Origin: Gammaproteobacteria bacterium
GTDB taxonomy: Bacteria; Gemmatimonadota; Gemmatimonadetes; Longimicrobiales; Gaopeijiaceae
Direction of reading: 5' to 3'
Length of the DNA: 64,000 bases
Assembly: GCA_009841185.1 (NCBI GenBank)
Contig: VXMG01000121.1
Coordinates: 20,271 to 84,270 of the forward strand
Shown: piece after piece, positions 1 to 9,455 of the stretch
Layout: the number at the start of each line of letters is the position of its first letter
Numbering within the stretch: position 1 is the first letter of the stretch
Notes under the pieces: model-generated
What the model saw: the letters and a program-made list of their open reading frames with translations, nothing else
Database searches by the model: none
Told to the model about the DNA's origin: nothing
Translations under genes and position numbers: made by a program

Positions 1-1
1 C

Positions 2-3000
2 CGTGCCGTTCCGGGCAGCAGGGCGGTCACGGCGCGCCGCTTCACTTCCGGAAGTCTCGACCAGCATCCCGAGTGGCACGCGGAGACGCTTTTCATCGAC
101 GGACTGGACGAAGTCCGCGCGGGCCGTCCGGACGCCCTCAGGCCCATGGACCTGATCCTCGATCGACTCGGACACCTCGGGCGCCCCAATCTCAGACTCT
201 CGTGTCGAGCGGCGGACTGGCTGGGTCGGAATGACCTGCAAGATATCGCCTCGACTGCGGGGTACGAGGACGTCCGCGTCCTGCACCTCGAACCGCTCCG
301 GGGCGAGGACATCGTGCGCATCCTCGCCGACCTCGGCGTTCCGGATCCGCGCGGTTTCATACGTGAAGCCGGTGAGCGCGGCCTGGGGGGGCTGCTCGCC
401 AACCCGCACTCGCTCGAGCTGCTGGTCAAGGCCAAGGGGGGTGACGAATGGCCCCGCGACCGCCGCGCTACCTTCGTTCAGGCGTGCCGCAGACTCGCTC
501 GCGAGCCCAATCCGAAGCACCGCGCGGCTCAGCGCTCCGCGCCGATGGTCTCGCTCGACCGTATCATGGCCGCGGCCGGGCATCTCTCGGCACTCCTCCT
601 GCTGTCCGACAAGGAGCACGTCTCCATCGATGGATCGGAAGACCCTGACAGCCTCTGGCTCGAAGACATTCCCGTAGGTGACCACCCCGCGTTGCTGCGG
701 GCCCTGAAGTCCAACCTGTTCAGCGTGGATCCCGACGGCGGCTTCGTACCCCCGCATCGCCAACTGGCCGAGTTCCTCGGCGCGCGCTTCCTGCACACCC
801 GCATCGACTCCGGAGTCCCGGCGAGCCGGGTTCTCGCACTCATGACCGGTGAAGACGGCGTGGTCGTGACCGAGTTGCGCGGACTGTCCGCGTGGCTAGC
901 GGCCTTCGACGGATTGTCGCGACGGTGCCTCATCCGGACGGATCCCGTCGGAATTGCGCTATACGGGGACGTCCAGGGCTTCCGCAGCGACAAAAAGGAG
1001 AGTCTCCTTCGCGCGTTCGCGGAACGGGCCGACGAGATCAGGGCGTGGTCGTGGCCCCCGGTCGCGCTGGCGTCGTTGATCGACAGTCACACGGTCAGGC
1101 TGCTTCACGGCTATCTCGGGGATGAAGACAGAGGAGAGGGCCGGCAGGCCGTCGTCGGCTTACTCCTTAGCGGATTCGCTCATGCGAGCGGAGTCCAGCC
1201 GTCCCGCACCGTGCTGGAGCAGGCGGTCCGGGACGTGACCTGGCAGCCCCGGGTGCGACACTTGGCGCTGCGCGCGCTGCTCCACCACTCCGGAAGCCGG
1301 GAAGACGGGGTGCCAAGCCTGAGGGCGCTGCTCGACGACATCCGCGACGGACGTGTCGAGGATCGTGACGGTGAGCTGGCCGGCACCCTGCTGAGCGCGC
1401 TCTACCCGGATCATGTCGGGCCCGATGAGATCTGGGACTATCTGCTGCCCCGAAGGCCCTCCATGGTCGGAGCCTACATCCTGTTCTGGTCCACTCGCCT
1501 CCTGCGGAAGACACCGGGGAACGATGTCATTGCACTGATCCAGGCTTTGTTGGCGAAAGGGGAGGACTTCCGCCAGCAGCTCTCGGACCAGGGGTTCGGA
1601 GACGTGGTCCTGGCTCTCCTCGCCAACGCGCTGGCTGCCGCCGGTGACGACACTCGAGTCGCGACGCTCTACGACTGGCTCGAGTTGATGGATTTTGAGG
1701 AGTTCGGAGCTGCGCGGATGCGCGCGGCCGGGCATTCGGAAGTAAGCGGATGGCTTGCGCAGCGACCCAATCTGCAGAAGAAGCTTGCATTGGAGGGTTT
1801 GGGCCGACGGCTGCGTCACGACGATTCCGAGGTGAGCGGTGAAGGTCTCTACCGTGCGTGGATGGTCAGATCGACCATCTTCGGCGCCGGTGCCCCGGAA
1901 GACTTCGCCGAATGGTGTCTTACCCGCGCGGTCGAGGTGGCCGAGACTCGTCTCGAGGTCGCTCTTGCTCTCTTGGAGTGGAGCCGCCCCTGGCATGAAG
2001 AGCACGGCGTCTCAGGTGTTTCGATTGAAGATGTTCGGGAGGCGACGAAAGACGTGCCGGCGTTGCACGCCGAAGTCGAGCTGATCCTCGCCCCACCGAG
2101 GGAGCCGAAGAAACTGATGCTACTCCGGGAGGAAGACCGTGCGTACGCCCGCGAACGGAGACGGAAGAAAGCTGGATTCATTGCGCAAGTTCGAGAAAGC
2201 GCGCCGGAGCTAAGACAGGGCCGGTGTGCGCCCGGACTGCTGCACCGCATGGCCCAACCCTACCACGACTTCTTTCTCAGACAGCGGGTGGAATCACCCT
2301 TGATGCGGGTCGCGGACTTGCTCGACGGGGACGTTGACTTGGCCGAGACCGCAATCGAGGGGTTCCGTAAAGTCACCGAGCGCCCGGATCTCCCCACGCT
2401 GCGGGAATTCATACGCTTGGCCGAGCGCGATCGGATGTCCTACTTCGCGCTCCCGCTACTGGCCGGGTTCGCCGAGATGCCTCCCGAGTCCGTGGATTCC
2501 CTCAGTCCTGTCGAAATCGCGCGGGCGGTCGGGCTCTACTATCTCATTCCCCTCAACGTCGAGGGACATCCTGCGTGGTATCGGCGCGCCCTCGAGTCCC
2601 ATCCATCAGCCGTCGCCGAGGCCGCGATCAAGGTGTCGCGTTCACGCATCCGCGCTCGGCGTGATTGTCTGCACCTCTGGGAGTTCGCGCGCGAACCGTC
2701 CCATCGCGTGGTGGCTGGCCTGACGGTGCCATCGTTGCTGAGAGCGTTTCCGACGCGCTGCACCGAGCCTCAGGTCGCGGCGCTGCACGATGTGCTGCTG
2801 GCGGCAGTCCGATGGCAGCCCGACGGGATCGAGGAAGCCATTCGGATTCGTGCTGCCAGACCCGGCATGGACGTCTCGCAGGAAGCACTTTGGCTCGCTG
2901 CCGGGTTGTTCCTTTCGCCGGAGGAATTCCTTCCCGCGCTCGTGGCGTTCGTGGGAGAGGGTGAAGAGGTGCGGCTGAGGCAGATTGTGCGGTTTCTTGC

Positions 3001-3907
3001 TCCGGGCGACATGTCTCCATTGCCCATGCCCTGGGACACCGAAGTTCTGAAGACTCTGATCGAGCTCTTGGGCGGCCAATACACGCCCTGGCGGCCCGGG
3101 TACTCCGGAATGCTCTCCAGGGCCGAAGAGGATCGGCTGAAGGTGGAAGGTCTGGTAGCGCGTTGGGCAACCACTTTGGCGAACCGCACGGACCGCAAGT
3201 CCTGCGAGGCTCTTCAATCACTTGTCGAAAACCCTGCACTCCAGCCATGGCACTCCACGCTTGGCACTGAGCACGCCGAGCAGGTGGTAGCTCGCCGAAA
3301 CGCCACCTTCTCGGTGCCGGATCTGCTCGCGATTCAGAACACTCTGACCAACGATCGACCCGCCAGTCCCGTGGACCTGGCTGCGCTCGTGGCGGACAGG
3401 CTCGAAATCCTCGCTGCGCAGATCCAGCACGGAAATACGGATGACTGGCGTCAGTACTGGAACGAAGGCAGCAGCAGCTCGTTGCCAAGACCAAAGCACG
3501 AAGATGCGTGCCGGGACGCGCTTCTATCCGATCTACGGCAACTTCTGCCGGATGGCGTCGACGCTCAGCCCGAAGGGCAATACGCCAGGGATAAGCGGGC
3601 GGACATCCGCGTCTCCTTCAACGGCTCCGCCATCCCGGTGGAAATCAAGAAGAACTCCCATCGGAACCTCTGGAGTGCCGTCGCCAGCCAGCTTGTGCGG
3701 CAGTACACGATCGATCCCGACTCGTCCGGCTACGGCATCTATCTCGTGCTATGGTTCGGCCTCGGGAAGATGCCCGTTCCCCCCACCGGTCGCAGTCCAA
3801 AGACGCCGGACGCTCTGCGGGAGCGCCTCGAAGAGCAACTCGAGGGGCCCTACCGGCACAAGGTCACGGTGATCGTGATCGACGTGAGTGGATCGTCCGA
3901 CATCTGA
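2..3907 (+). CDS. STAND/NACHT-like NTPase, 5'-truncated by the window edge. Long helical-repeat middle region and a C-terminal PD-(D/E)xK-like nuclease module.
   Basis: The frame of ORF 146..3907 stays open back to nt 2 (RAVPGS...HAETLFIDGLDEVRAGRPDALRPMDL). 'LFIDGLDE' is a NACHT/STAND Walker-B motif. It is followed by 'LRLSCRAADW', 'LHLEPLRGEDIVRIL' and 'LANPHSLELL', typical of the post-Walker-B and winged-helix part. About 800 aa of L/A/R-rich helical repeats follow. The last ~130 aa carry E (KHEDACRD), D (ADIRVSF), ExK (PVEIKK) and Q (QLVRQY) with restriction-endonuclease-fold spacing. Confidence 0.75.
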   Translation, partial: RAVPGSRAVTARRFTSGSLDQHPEWHAETLFIDGLDEVRAGRPDALRPMDLILDRLGHLGRPNLRLSCRAADWLGRNDLQDIASTAGYEDVRVLHLEPLRGEDIVRILADLGVPDPRGFIREAGERGLGGLLANPHSLELLVKAKGGDEWPRDRRATFVQACRRLAREPNPKHRAAQRSAPMVSLDRIMAAAGHLSALLLLSDKEHVSIDGSEDPDSLWLEDIPVGDHPALLRALKSNLFSVDPDGGFVPPHRQLAEFLGARFLHTRIDSGVPASRVLALMTGEDGVVVTELRGLSAWLAAFDGLSRRCLIRTDPVGIALYGDVQGFRSDKKESLLRAFAERADEIRAWSWPPVALASLIDSHTVRLLHGYLGDEDRGEGRQAVVGLLLSGFAHASGVQPSRTVLEQAVRDVTWQPRVRHLALRALLHHSGSREDGVPSLRALLDDIRDGRVEDRDGELAGTLLSALYPDHVGPDEIWDYLLPRRPSMVGAYILFWSTRLLRKTPGNDVIALIQALLAKGEDFRQQLSDQGFGDVVLALLANALAAAGDDTRVATLYDWLELMDFEEFGAARMRAAGHSEVSGWLAQRPNLQKKLALEGLGRRLRHDDSEVSGEGLYRAWMVRSTIFGAGAPEDFAEWCLTRAVEVAETRLEVALALLEWSRPWHEEHGVSGVSIEDVREATKDVPALHAEVELILAPPREPKKLMLLREEDRAYARERRRKKAGFIAQVRESAPELRQGRCAPGLLHRMAQPYHDFFLRQRVESPLMRVADLLDGDVDLAETAIEGFRKVTERPDLPTLREFIRLAERDRMSYFALPLLAGFAEMPPESVDSLSPVEIARAVGLYYLIPLNVEGHPAWYRRALESHPSAVAEAAIKVSRSRIRARRDCLHLWEFAREPSHRVVAGLTVPSLLRAFPTRCTEPQVAALHDVLLAAVRWQPDGIEEAIRIRAARPGMDVSQEALWLAAGLFLSPEEFLPALVAFVGEGEEVRLRQIVRFLAPGDMSPLPMPWDTEVLKTLIELLGGQYTPWRPGYSGMLSRAEEDRLKVEGLVARWATTLANRTDRKSCEALQSLVENPALQPWHSTLGTEHAEQVVARRNATFSVPDLLAIQNTLTNDRPASPVDLAALVADRLEILAAQIQHGNTDDWRQYWNEGSSSSLPRPKHEDACRDALLSDLRQLLPDGVDAQPEGQYARDKRADIRVSFNGSAIPVEIKKNSHRNLWSAVASQLVRQYTIDPDSSGYGIYLVLWFGLGKMPVPPTGRSPKTPDALRERLEEQLEGPYRHKVTVIVIDVSGSSDI

Positions 3908-3910
3908 CGC

Positions 3911-5731
3911 TCACCTCACCTCCACCTCGTCCACCTCGAACGAAAAGGATCCCACCGGCCCCTCCGCCACAAACGCCAGCCCCGCAATGATTTCCGGCGT
4001 GGCCGTCGGGAAATCCTCCAGCCGGATCTCCACCTGCGTCCACTCCCCGGGCGCGATGAACGTCACGGTGGGCGGCGGCCCGGCCGGCTCCGCGCTGCTG
4101 ATCAGCATCACCGAGTACTGCCGCCCATCCCCGCGCGTCCGGAAGCGGATCGCCTCCCGGCCGGAGAAGTCCACGGGCTGCATGGGTTGCGCGCCGGGCA
4201 TCCAGATCACGCCCGCCCACGGGAAGGCGGCTCCCGGAGCGATCTCGCCGGTGACCGTCAGCGCACCGTCCCGCACGGCCACGTCGGCGGTGGAGGAGCC
4301 CCCGGCTAGCTGGTCCGTCGTCACGTCCCATGCGCCGAAGCTCGCCTCGAAGCCGTCCTCGAAGTCCGCGACCAGGGTTTCCGCGGGAGCGGGCTCGATC
4401 TCGGCCTGAGGCCCGGCGCCGGCGGAGCCGACCGCGCGATCCACCAGGTACCCGTCCTTCCAGATCCCGACGATCTCATGGCTGCTCGACGCGTCCTCCT
4501 CGAGGTCGCCGCGCACCAGCACCAGGTCGGCGAGATGGCCCTCGGCGATCCGGCCGCGCTCCTGAACGCCGAACGCGTCCGCCGCCACCGAAGTCGCAGC
4601 CGCCAGCGCCTCCGCGCTCCCCATGCCGGCGCGTGCGAGCAGGCGCAGCTCCCCGTGCATGGAGATTCCCGCCCCGGTTCCCGGGTTCGGGGCGTCCGTG
4701 CCCGCGACCAGCCGCACTCCGGCCGCGCGCAGCCTGCGGACGTTCTCCATCGCCACGTCTCCGCCCTCCGCGAGCCCGCCCGGGAAGCGGCCGTCGAGCG
4801 TCTGCCGCTGGATCGGCGAGAGCATCGCGTCGTCGGTCTCGCGCACCAGTTGCGCCACGGCGGGATCGTCGGCCGAAACCATGACCGAGAGCGTCGGGAC
4901 CACGAAGATGTCCGCCTCCGCGAAGCGCCGGGCATCCTCCTCGGAGACGACCTCGTCGCGCCACACGTGCACCAGCCCGTCGGCACCGAAGGCCATCGCC
5001 TCGAGAGCCGTCTCGAGGGTGCTCACGTGCACCACGGCTGCGAGTCCCTCCGCGTGCGCGGCCGCGATGACCGCGGCGACCGTCTCTCCCTCGAGCGACG
5101 CGATCTCCATGCCGAAGGCGCTGCCGTCCTCGTAGATGATCTTGATCCAGTCGGAGCCCTCGGCCTTGCGCGCCCTCACCCACTGAGCGGCCTCGTCCGG
5201 GCCGGTCAGGGTCTCCACGGGCATCCCGTACTGCGTGCCGTGCCCCTCCGGGGCGGTCGCGGTCATGCCGGCGGAGAAGAGGTCCGCCTGGGCGCCGCGC
5301 GCCACCTCCTCGCGCGCGGGCCGCATCGCCGCGGCGAAGGCCGGGTCCGTGGACTGGTCCAGCACCGTCGTCACCCCGAAGCGGAGCGCGTCTCTCAGCG
5401 AGGAGAGGAAGCTGTGCACGTGGCCGTCGATCAGCCCCGGGATCAGCGTGTGGCCCCGCCCGTCCACGCGCGGGAGGTCCTCGGGCAGGTCCAGCCTCTG
5501 GCCGGCGTGCCGGATCCTTCCGTCCTCGATCCACACGTCCCAGCCCTGCCGGAACGCCTCGCCGTCGAACGCCGTGACGTCCACGATCGCGAACGTTTCC
5601 TCGGGAACGCCCTGGGCCGGGCCCTCCGCGGCCTCCGGCACCGGCAGCGTCGCGAGCACGCCGGTGAAGACCGCGACTCCGACCACGAGCCAGGTCAGGC
5701 TGCGGCCCACGAGATAACGAGCACTCCTCAT
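3911..5731 (-). CDS. Membrane-anchored metal-dependent amidohydrolase with a C-terminal CIA30-like domain
   Basis: This is the internal ATG (MRSARYLVGRSLTWLVVGVAVF..., TM anchor) of the 894-aa track ORF, forming an ATGA overlap with the upstream permease stop. 'GLIDGHVHSF' is the amidohydrolase metal motif. The C-terminal ~150 aa (FRTRGDGRQYSVML...) resemble CIA30. Confidence 0.85.
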   Translation of the reverse strand: MRSARYLVGRSLTWLVVGVAVFTGVLATLPVPEAAEGPAQGVPEETFAIVDVTAFDGEAFRQGWDVWIEDGRIRHAGQRLDLPEDLPRVDGRGHTLIPGLIDGHVHSFLSSLRDALRFGVTTVLDQSTDPAFAAAMRPAREEVARGAQADLFSAGMTATAPEGHGTQYGMPVETLTGPDEAAQWVRARKAEGSDWIKIIYEDGSAFGMEIASLEGETVAAVIAAAHAEGLAAVVHVSTLETALEAMAFGADGLVHVWRDEVVSEEDARRFAEADIFVVPTLSVMVSADDPAVAQLVRETDDAMLSPIQRQTLDGRFPGGLAEGGDVAMENVRRLRAAGVRLVAGTDAPNPGTGAGISMHGELRLLARAGMGSAEALAAATSVAADAFGVQERGRIAEGHLADLVLVRGDLEEDASSSHEIVGIWKDGYLVDRAVGSAGAGPQAEIEPAPAETLVADFEDGFEASFGAWDVTTDQLAGGSSTADVAVRDGALTVTGEIAPGAAFPWAGVIWMPGAQPMQPVDFSGREAIRFRTRGDGRQYSVMLISSAEPAGPPPTVTFIAPGEWTQVEIRLEDFPTATPEIIAGLAFVAEGPVGSFSFEVDEVEVR

Positions 5732-6576
5732 CGGGATCTCCTCATCGAGAAACTGTCCGCGCGGCGGAATCCCAGCGCCGCCACGGCGAGGAAGACGAGC
5801 GTTTCGGCCACCAGAACCGCTAGGTGCATCGGGACCGGCTGCCCGGCGTCCATCGCGATGACCTTGAGCGCGAGCTGCGCGTGGTGATAGGCGGGAAGCG
5901 CCAGCGCGATGTCCTGCATGACATCCGGAAACATGTAGATGGGGAGCCAGAGCCCGGAGAGCATGGCCATGGGCAGGAAGACGAGGTTGACCACGGCGAC
6001 GGCCGAGCGGCCCCTGGCCCACGCGCCGATCGTCAGGCCCAGGGCACAGAACGGGATCACGCCGGCGAGCAGTACTCCGGCCAGCGCGAACCACTGCCAG
6101 CGGTAGAGCGCCACCCCCGCCGCGTGCGCGGCCATCAGGAACAGCGCCGCTACGACGACCGCGCCGAAGATGAGCGCCGCCATGACCTTGGCGAACAGGT
6201 AGGCGCCCGCGGGCATGGGCGTGGTCTGCTTCAGAAGCAGGACGCCGGTGTCGCGTTCGTTCGCGAGCCCGGCTCCGAAGCCGAAGAGCGCCGGACCGAG
6301 GACGCCGAAGACCCCGTAGGTCGCCAGCACGTAGGTCGGCACGGCCAGCGACACCCCGCGCGCGCCCATGATCACGCCGAAGAACAGGTAGAAGATGAGC
6401 GGGAACGCCAGCGTGGGAATGGCGAACATGGGTTCCCGCAACACCTCCACGAACTGGAAGCGCGCTTCGAGGAGGTAGATGTGGAAGCGGCGGGTAGGGG
6501 TCAGGCGATGGGCGTCGCGAGCTTGCATCGAAGCGCCCGCGCTGGGGGATGCCGCCTGTGCCGCCCTGCCGCTCAT
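5728..6576 (-). CDS. ABC-2 type transporter permease
   Basis: Multi-TM hydrophobic protein. ATGA overlaps couple it to the ABC ATPase upstream (6573-6576) and the amidohydrolase downstream (5728-5731). Confidence 0.8.
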   Translation of the reverse strand: MSGRAAQAASPSAGASMQARDAHRLTPTRRFHIYLLEARFQFVEVLREPMFAIPTLAFPLIFYLFFGVIMGARGVSLAVPTYVLATYGVFGVLGPALFGFGAGLANERDTGVLLLKQTTPMPAGAYLFAKVMAALIFGAVVVAALFLMAAHAAGVALYRWQWFALAGVLLAGVIPFCALGLTIGAWARGRSAVAVVNLVFLPMAMLSGLWLPIYMFPDVMQDIALALPAYHHAQLALKVIAMDAGQPVPMHLAVLVAETLVFLAVAALGFRRADSFSMRRSR

Positions 6577-7490
6577 TCCACGCCCTCTTCCCCATCCCGC
6601 GTCAGCTCGAGAAACGCCTCTTCGAGCCCTGCGGCCACGACGGTGAGGTCCGCCAGCGCCTCGTCACGCGCGAGCAGCACCCGCACCAGGGCCTCGGGCT
6701 GCGTCGTCAACGCCTCCAGATGCTGCCCCCGCGTCCGGGCATCGACCACGCCCGGCAGGCTTGCCACCTCATCGGGCGCGATCCGGGTGACGCAACGCAC
6801 CAGCCGCCCCGCCGTGCGCGACTTGATCTCCGCGGGGGTGCCCTCCGCGATCCGCCGCCCGTTGTGGATGACCACCACGCGGTCGGCCAGCGCGTCGGCC
6901 TCGTCCAGGTTGTGCGTGGTGAGAACGGTGGTGCGCCCGGACTCCCTGAGCGCCCGGATCTCGCTCCACAGCCGGTGCCGCGCATCGACGTCAAGCCCGG
7001 TGGTGGGTTCGTCCAGGAACAGCAGCTCCGGATCGCCCGCCAGCGCCAGCGCGAACATCACCCGCTGCTTCTGGCCTCCGGAGAGCTTCCCGTACCGGCG
7101 CCGGGCGAGATCCTCGAGGCCCGCCATGGCGAGCAGGCGCGAAGCCGGGATCGGCGCTGGATAGTAGGCGCGGAAGAGTTCGATGTGCTCGCGCACCGTC
7201 AGATTCGCGGAGATGCCCGAGATCTGGAGCATCGCGCCCCGACGAACCCGAACCTCCGGCGCTCCTGGAGCGAAGCCGAAGACCCTCGCCGCGCCCTCCT
7301 GCACCTGCAGGCTCCCGAGGAGAAGGCTGATGGCGGTGGTCTTTCCGGCGCCGTTGGGACCCAGCACCCCCAGCACCTCGCCCCGCCGGACCTCCAGATC
7401 GAGATCGTCCAGCGCCAGCACCGTTCCGTATCGATGTGTTACGCGCGAGAGGCTGGCGAGGGCAGGGCTATGCGCTGTACCGGCTTGCAT
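6573..7490 (-). CDS. ABC transporter ATP-binding protein
   Basis: Walker A 'GPNGAGKTT', ABC signature 'LSGGQKQR', Walker B 'LLFLDEPTTGLD'. Confidence 0.95.
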   Translation of the reverse strand: MQAGTAHSPALASLSRVTHRYGTVLALDDLDLEVRRGEVLGVLGPNGAGKTTAISLLLGSLQVQEGAARVFGFAPGAPEVRVRRGAMLQISGISANLTVREHIELFRAYYPAPIPASRLLAMAGLEDLARRRYGKLSGGQKQRVMFALALAGDPELLFLDEPTTGLDVDARHRLWSEIRALRESGRTTVLTTHNLDEADALADRVVVIHNGRRIAEGTPAEIKSRTAGRLVRCVTRIAPDEVASLPGVVDARTRGQHLEALTTQPEALVRVLLARDEALADLTVVAAGLEEAFLELTRDGEEGVE

Positions 7491-7587
7491 AGGGCTAGCC
7501 TACGAGCCGGCGGTCGGGGCTGTTTCGGGGGCGTCGGTGTAGCGGCCGTGACCACGCCGCCGACTCCCTGTAGTCTTAGTCACAAGA

Positions 7588-7614
7588 GCCCCGAGGGATG
7601 TCCACCCTCGGGGC
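7588..7614 (-). terminator. GC-rich hairpin directly after the HigA-like sORF
   Basis: GCCCCGAGGG-atgtcca-CCCTCGGGGC, a perfect 10-bp stem. The downstream U-tract is weak (tcttgtg). Confidence 0.3.
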
Positions 7615-7616
7615 CC

Positions 7617-7694
7617 CTACCTCAGCGTCTTGCTGCGCCCGAAGTCGTGCTTCAGCACTTCGCCGGGGTGGACCGGCTCCAGACGAGTCATCAT
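7617..7694 (-). pseudogene. 25-codon ORF resembling the N-terminus of a HigA/VapI-type antitoxin (relic or sORF)
   Basis: Minus-strand translation is MMTRLEPVHPGEVLKHDFGRSKTLR*. 'P(V/I)HPGE(I/V)L' is the characteristic HigA/VapI N-terminal motif. GGAGGGAG lies about 6 nt upstream of the ATG. The HTH part is missing. A 10-bp hairpin follows immediately. Confidence 0.35.
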
Positions 7695-7778
7695 GTAGCT
7701 CCCTCCGCGTACGCCCAACCGGGAAAATCAAAAGCGCAACTTTCGTTTTTCCCGTTTGCAGGTCGTCAATCCCCCCCC

Positions 7779-9455
7779 TCACACCCGCACCGTCGCCTGA
7801 AACGTCGGCGGGCGCCGCACGTTCGTCGCCTGCTCGAAGGCGTACGCCAGCCGGATCAGTGTCGCCTCGCTCCAGGCGCGGCCGCAGAGCGACATCCCGA
7901 CAGGGAGCCCGTGGATGAACCCCATGGGCACCGACATGTTGGGATAGGCCGCCATGGCCGGGGGCGTCGAGCATCCGCCCCCGCCTCCGCCGGACGCGTC
8001 CAGCGGGTCCTGCATGGCGGGGATGCCGGACGTGATTCCGACCAGAGCGTCCAGCTCGTGCTCGTCCATCGCGCGGTCGATCCCCTCGTCGCGCGAGAGC
8101 CGATGGCTCATCGCCAGTGCGTCGATGTAGCGCTGGTCGGTCAGCGGGCCGCGCTCCTGGGAGCGCACATGGAGCTCCTGCCCGTAAAGGGCGAGCTCCA
8201 GATCGGCATTCGCTTCGTTGTACTCGATGAGCTCCGCGAGCGACTTGATCGGCGCGTCGGGACCCAGCGAGGCGAGATAGGCGTTCAGATCCGCCTTGAA
8301 CTCGTGGTACAGCACCTCCATCTCGTATTCGTTGCCGAAGCGCAGCTCCCCGGGGAGCGTGACGGGATCGATCACCGTCGCGCCCTCCGCCCGCATGACG
8401 TCGAGCGCCTCCTCGAACAGGGCGTCGACGCGGCTGTCGAAGCCGGCATACTCGCGCAGCACGCCGACCCGGCCGCCATTCAGGCCGGCCGGGTCCAGCG
8501 CGCCGGTGTAGTCGGTGAGGAAGTTGCCCGCGCTCGCGGCGGTGAGCGGGTCGCGCGGGTCGACGCCGACCATTGTCCCGAGCATGATCGCCGCATCCCG
8601 CACGGTGCGCGCCATCGGGCCGGTGCTGTCCTGGCTGTGGGCGATGGGGATGACGCCGCCCCGGCTGTGAAGGCCGATCGTGGGCTTGATGCCGACCAGG
8701 CAGTTGCGCGAGGACGGGCCGACGATCGAGCCGTCGGTCTCGGAGCCGATCGTCGCGACCGCCAGGTTGGCCGCCGCGCCCGCTCCGGACCCGGAACTCG
8801 ACCCGCCCGGGGTGCGGTCGAGCGCGTAGGGATTCCTGCAGAAGCCGCCCCGGCCGCCGTCCCATCCGCGGCCGCTCCAGCCGGACGCCCCGAACTCGAA
8901 CGACTTCCAGCCCGCCCACTCGCTCATGTTCGCCTTGCCGAGCAGGAGCGCGCCCGCATCCCGCAGCCGCACGGCCACGAAAGCGTCCTGCGGCGCGATC
9001 GATCCGGCCAGCGCCGTCGAGCCGGCGGTGGTCGTCATCCCGTCCGCGGTATCGATGTTGTCCTTCAGCAGAAGGGGGATGCCGTGCAGCGGCCCCCGGG
9101 GCCCCGAGGCCTGGAACTCGCGGTCGAGCTCGTCGGCGATCTCTAGCGCGTCCGGGTTCACCTCGAGCACCGCGAACAGCCGCGGCCCCTGCCGGTTCAG
9201 CGCCTCGATGCGGTCGAGGTACATCTCCGTGATCGAGCGGCAGGTGTACTCGCCCGTCCGCATGCCCTCGTGGACTTCGTCGATCGTGATCTCGTCGAGA
9301 GCGAAGTCCGGCACGTTGCCCGGGGTGCTCTCCTGCCCCGCGCCACCGCGCCCCGAACCAGCGTCGCCGCCCGGAGCATCGCAGCCCCCGAGCGCGACCA
9401 GAGCGCCGGCCGCCGCGCCGGTGCCAATGAACGTGCGTCGATTCATTTCGGACAT
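7779..9455 (-). CDS. Amidase-signature family amidase, Tat/lipoprotein-type signal
   Basis: N-terminus MSEMNRRTFIGTGAAAGALVALGGC (twin-Arg plus lipobox-like Cys). 'GGSSSGSGAG' amidase signature. GAGGTGA Shine-Dalgarno sequence before the ATG at 9455. Confidence 0.9.
   Translation of the reverse strand: MSEMNRRTFIGTGAAAGALVALGGCDAPGGDAGSGRGGAGQESTPGNVPDFALDEITIDEVHEGMRTGEYTCRSITEMYLDRIEALNRQGPRLFAVLEVNPDALEIADELDREFQASGPRGPLHGIPLLLKDNIDTADGMTTTAGSTALAGSIAPQDAFVAVRLRDAGALLLGKANMSEWAGWKSFEFGASGWSGRGWDGGRGGFCRNPYALDRTPGGSSSGSGAGAAANLAVATIGSETDGSIVGPSSRNCLVGIKPTIGLHSRGGVIPIAHSQDSTGPMARTVRDAAIMLGTMVGVDPRDPLTAASAGNFLTDYTGALDPAGLNGGRVGVLREYAGFDSRVDALFEEALDVMRAEGATVIDPVTLPGELRFGNEYEMEVLYHEFKADLNAYLASLGPDAPIKSLAELIEYNEANADLELALYGQELHVRSQERGPLTDQRYIDALAMSHRLSRDEGIDRAMDEHELDALVGITSGIPAMQDPLDASGGGGGGCSTPPAMAAYPNMSVPMGFIHGLPVGMSLCGRAWSEATLIRLAYAFEQATNVRRPPTFQATVRV

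Noticed and set aside
3911-6595. 894-aa minus-strand ORF read as a single gene
   Set aside because: The N-terminal ~290 aa (Arg/Gly/Pro-rich, no motifs) is an out-of-frame overlap of the ABC-2 permease gene. The real amidohydrolase starts at the internal ATG at 5731, with a TM anchor and an ATGA overlap.
7771-7778. C8 (G8 on the coding strand) homopolymer as a possible phase-variation tract
   Set aside because: It lies just outside the amidase CDS, immediately after the stop codon. Slippage would not alter the protein, and no promoter spacing is evident.
6549-9146. 865-aa plus-strand ORF. Similar very long ORFs occur at 19817..22138(-), 25475..28162(-), 46193..49057(-), 51647..54007(-) and 9608..10813(-).
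   Set aside because: All lie antisense to, or out of frame with, genes that have clear family motifs. They are Arg/Gly/Pro/Ala-rich, as expected for spurious open frames in very GC-rich DNA, and carry no recognisable domains.
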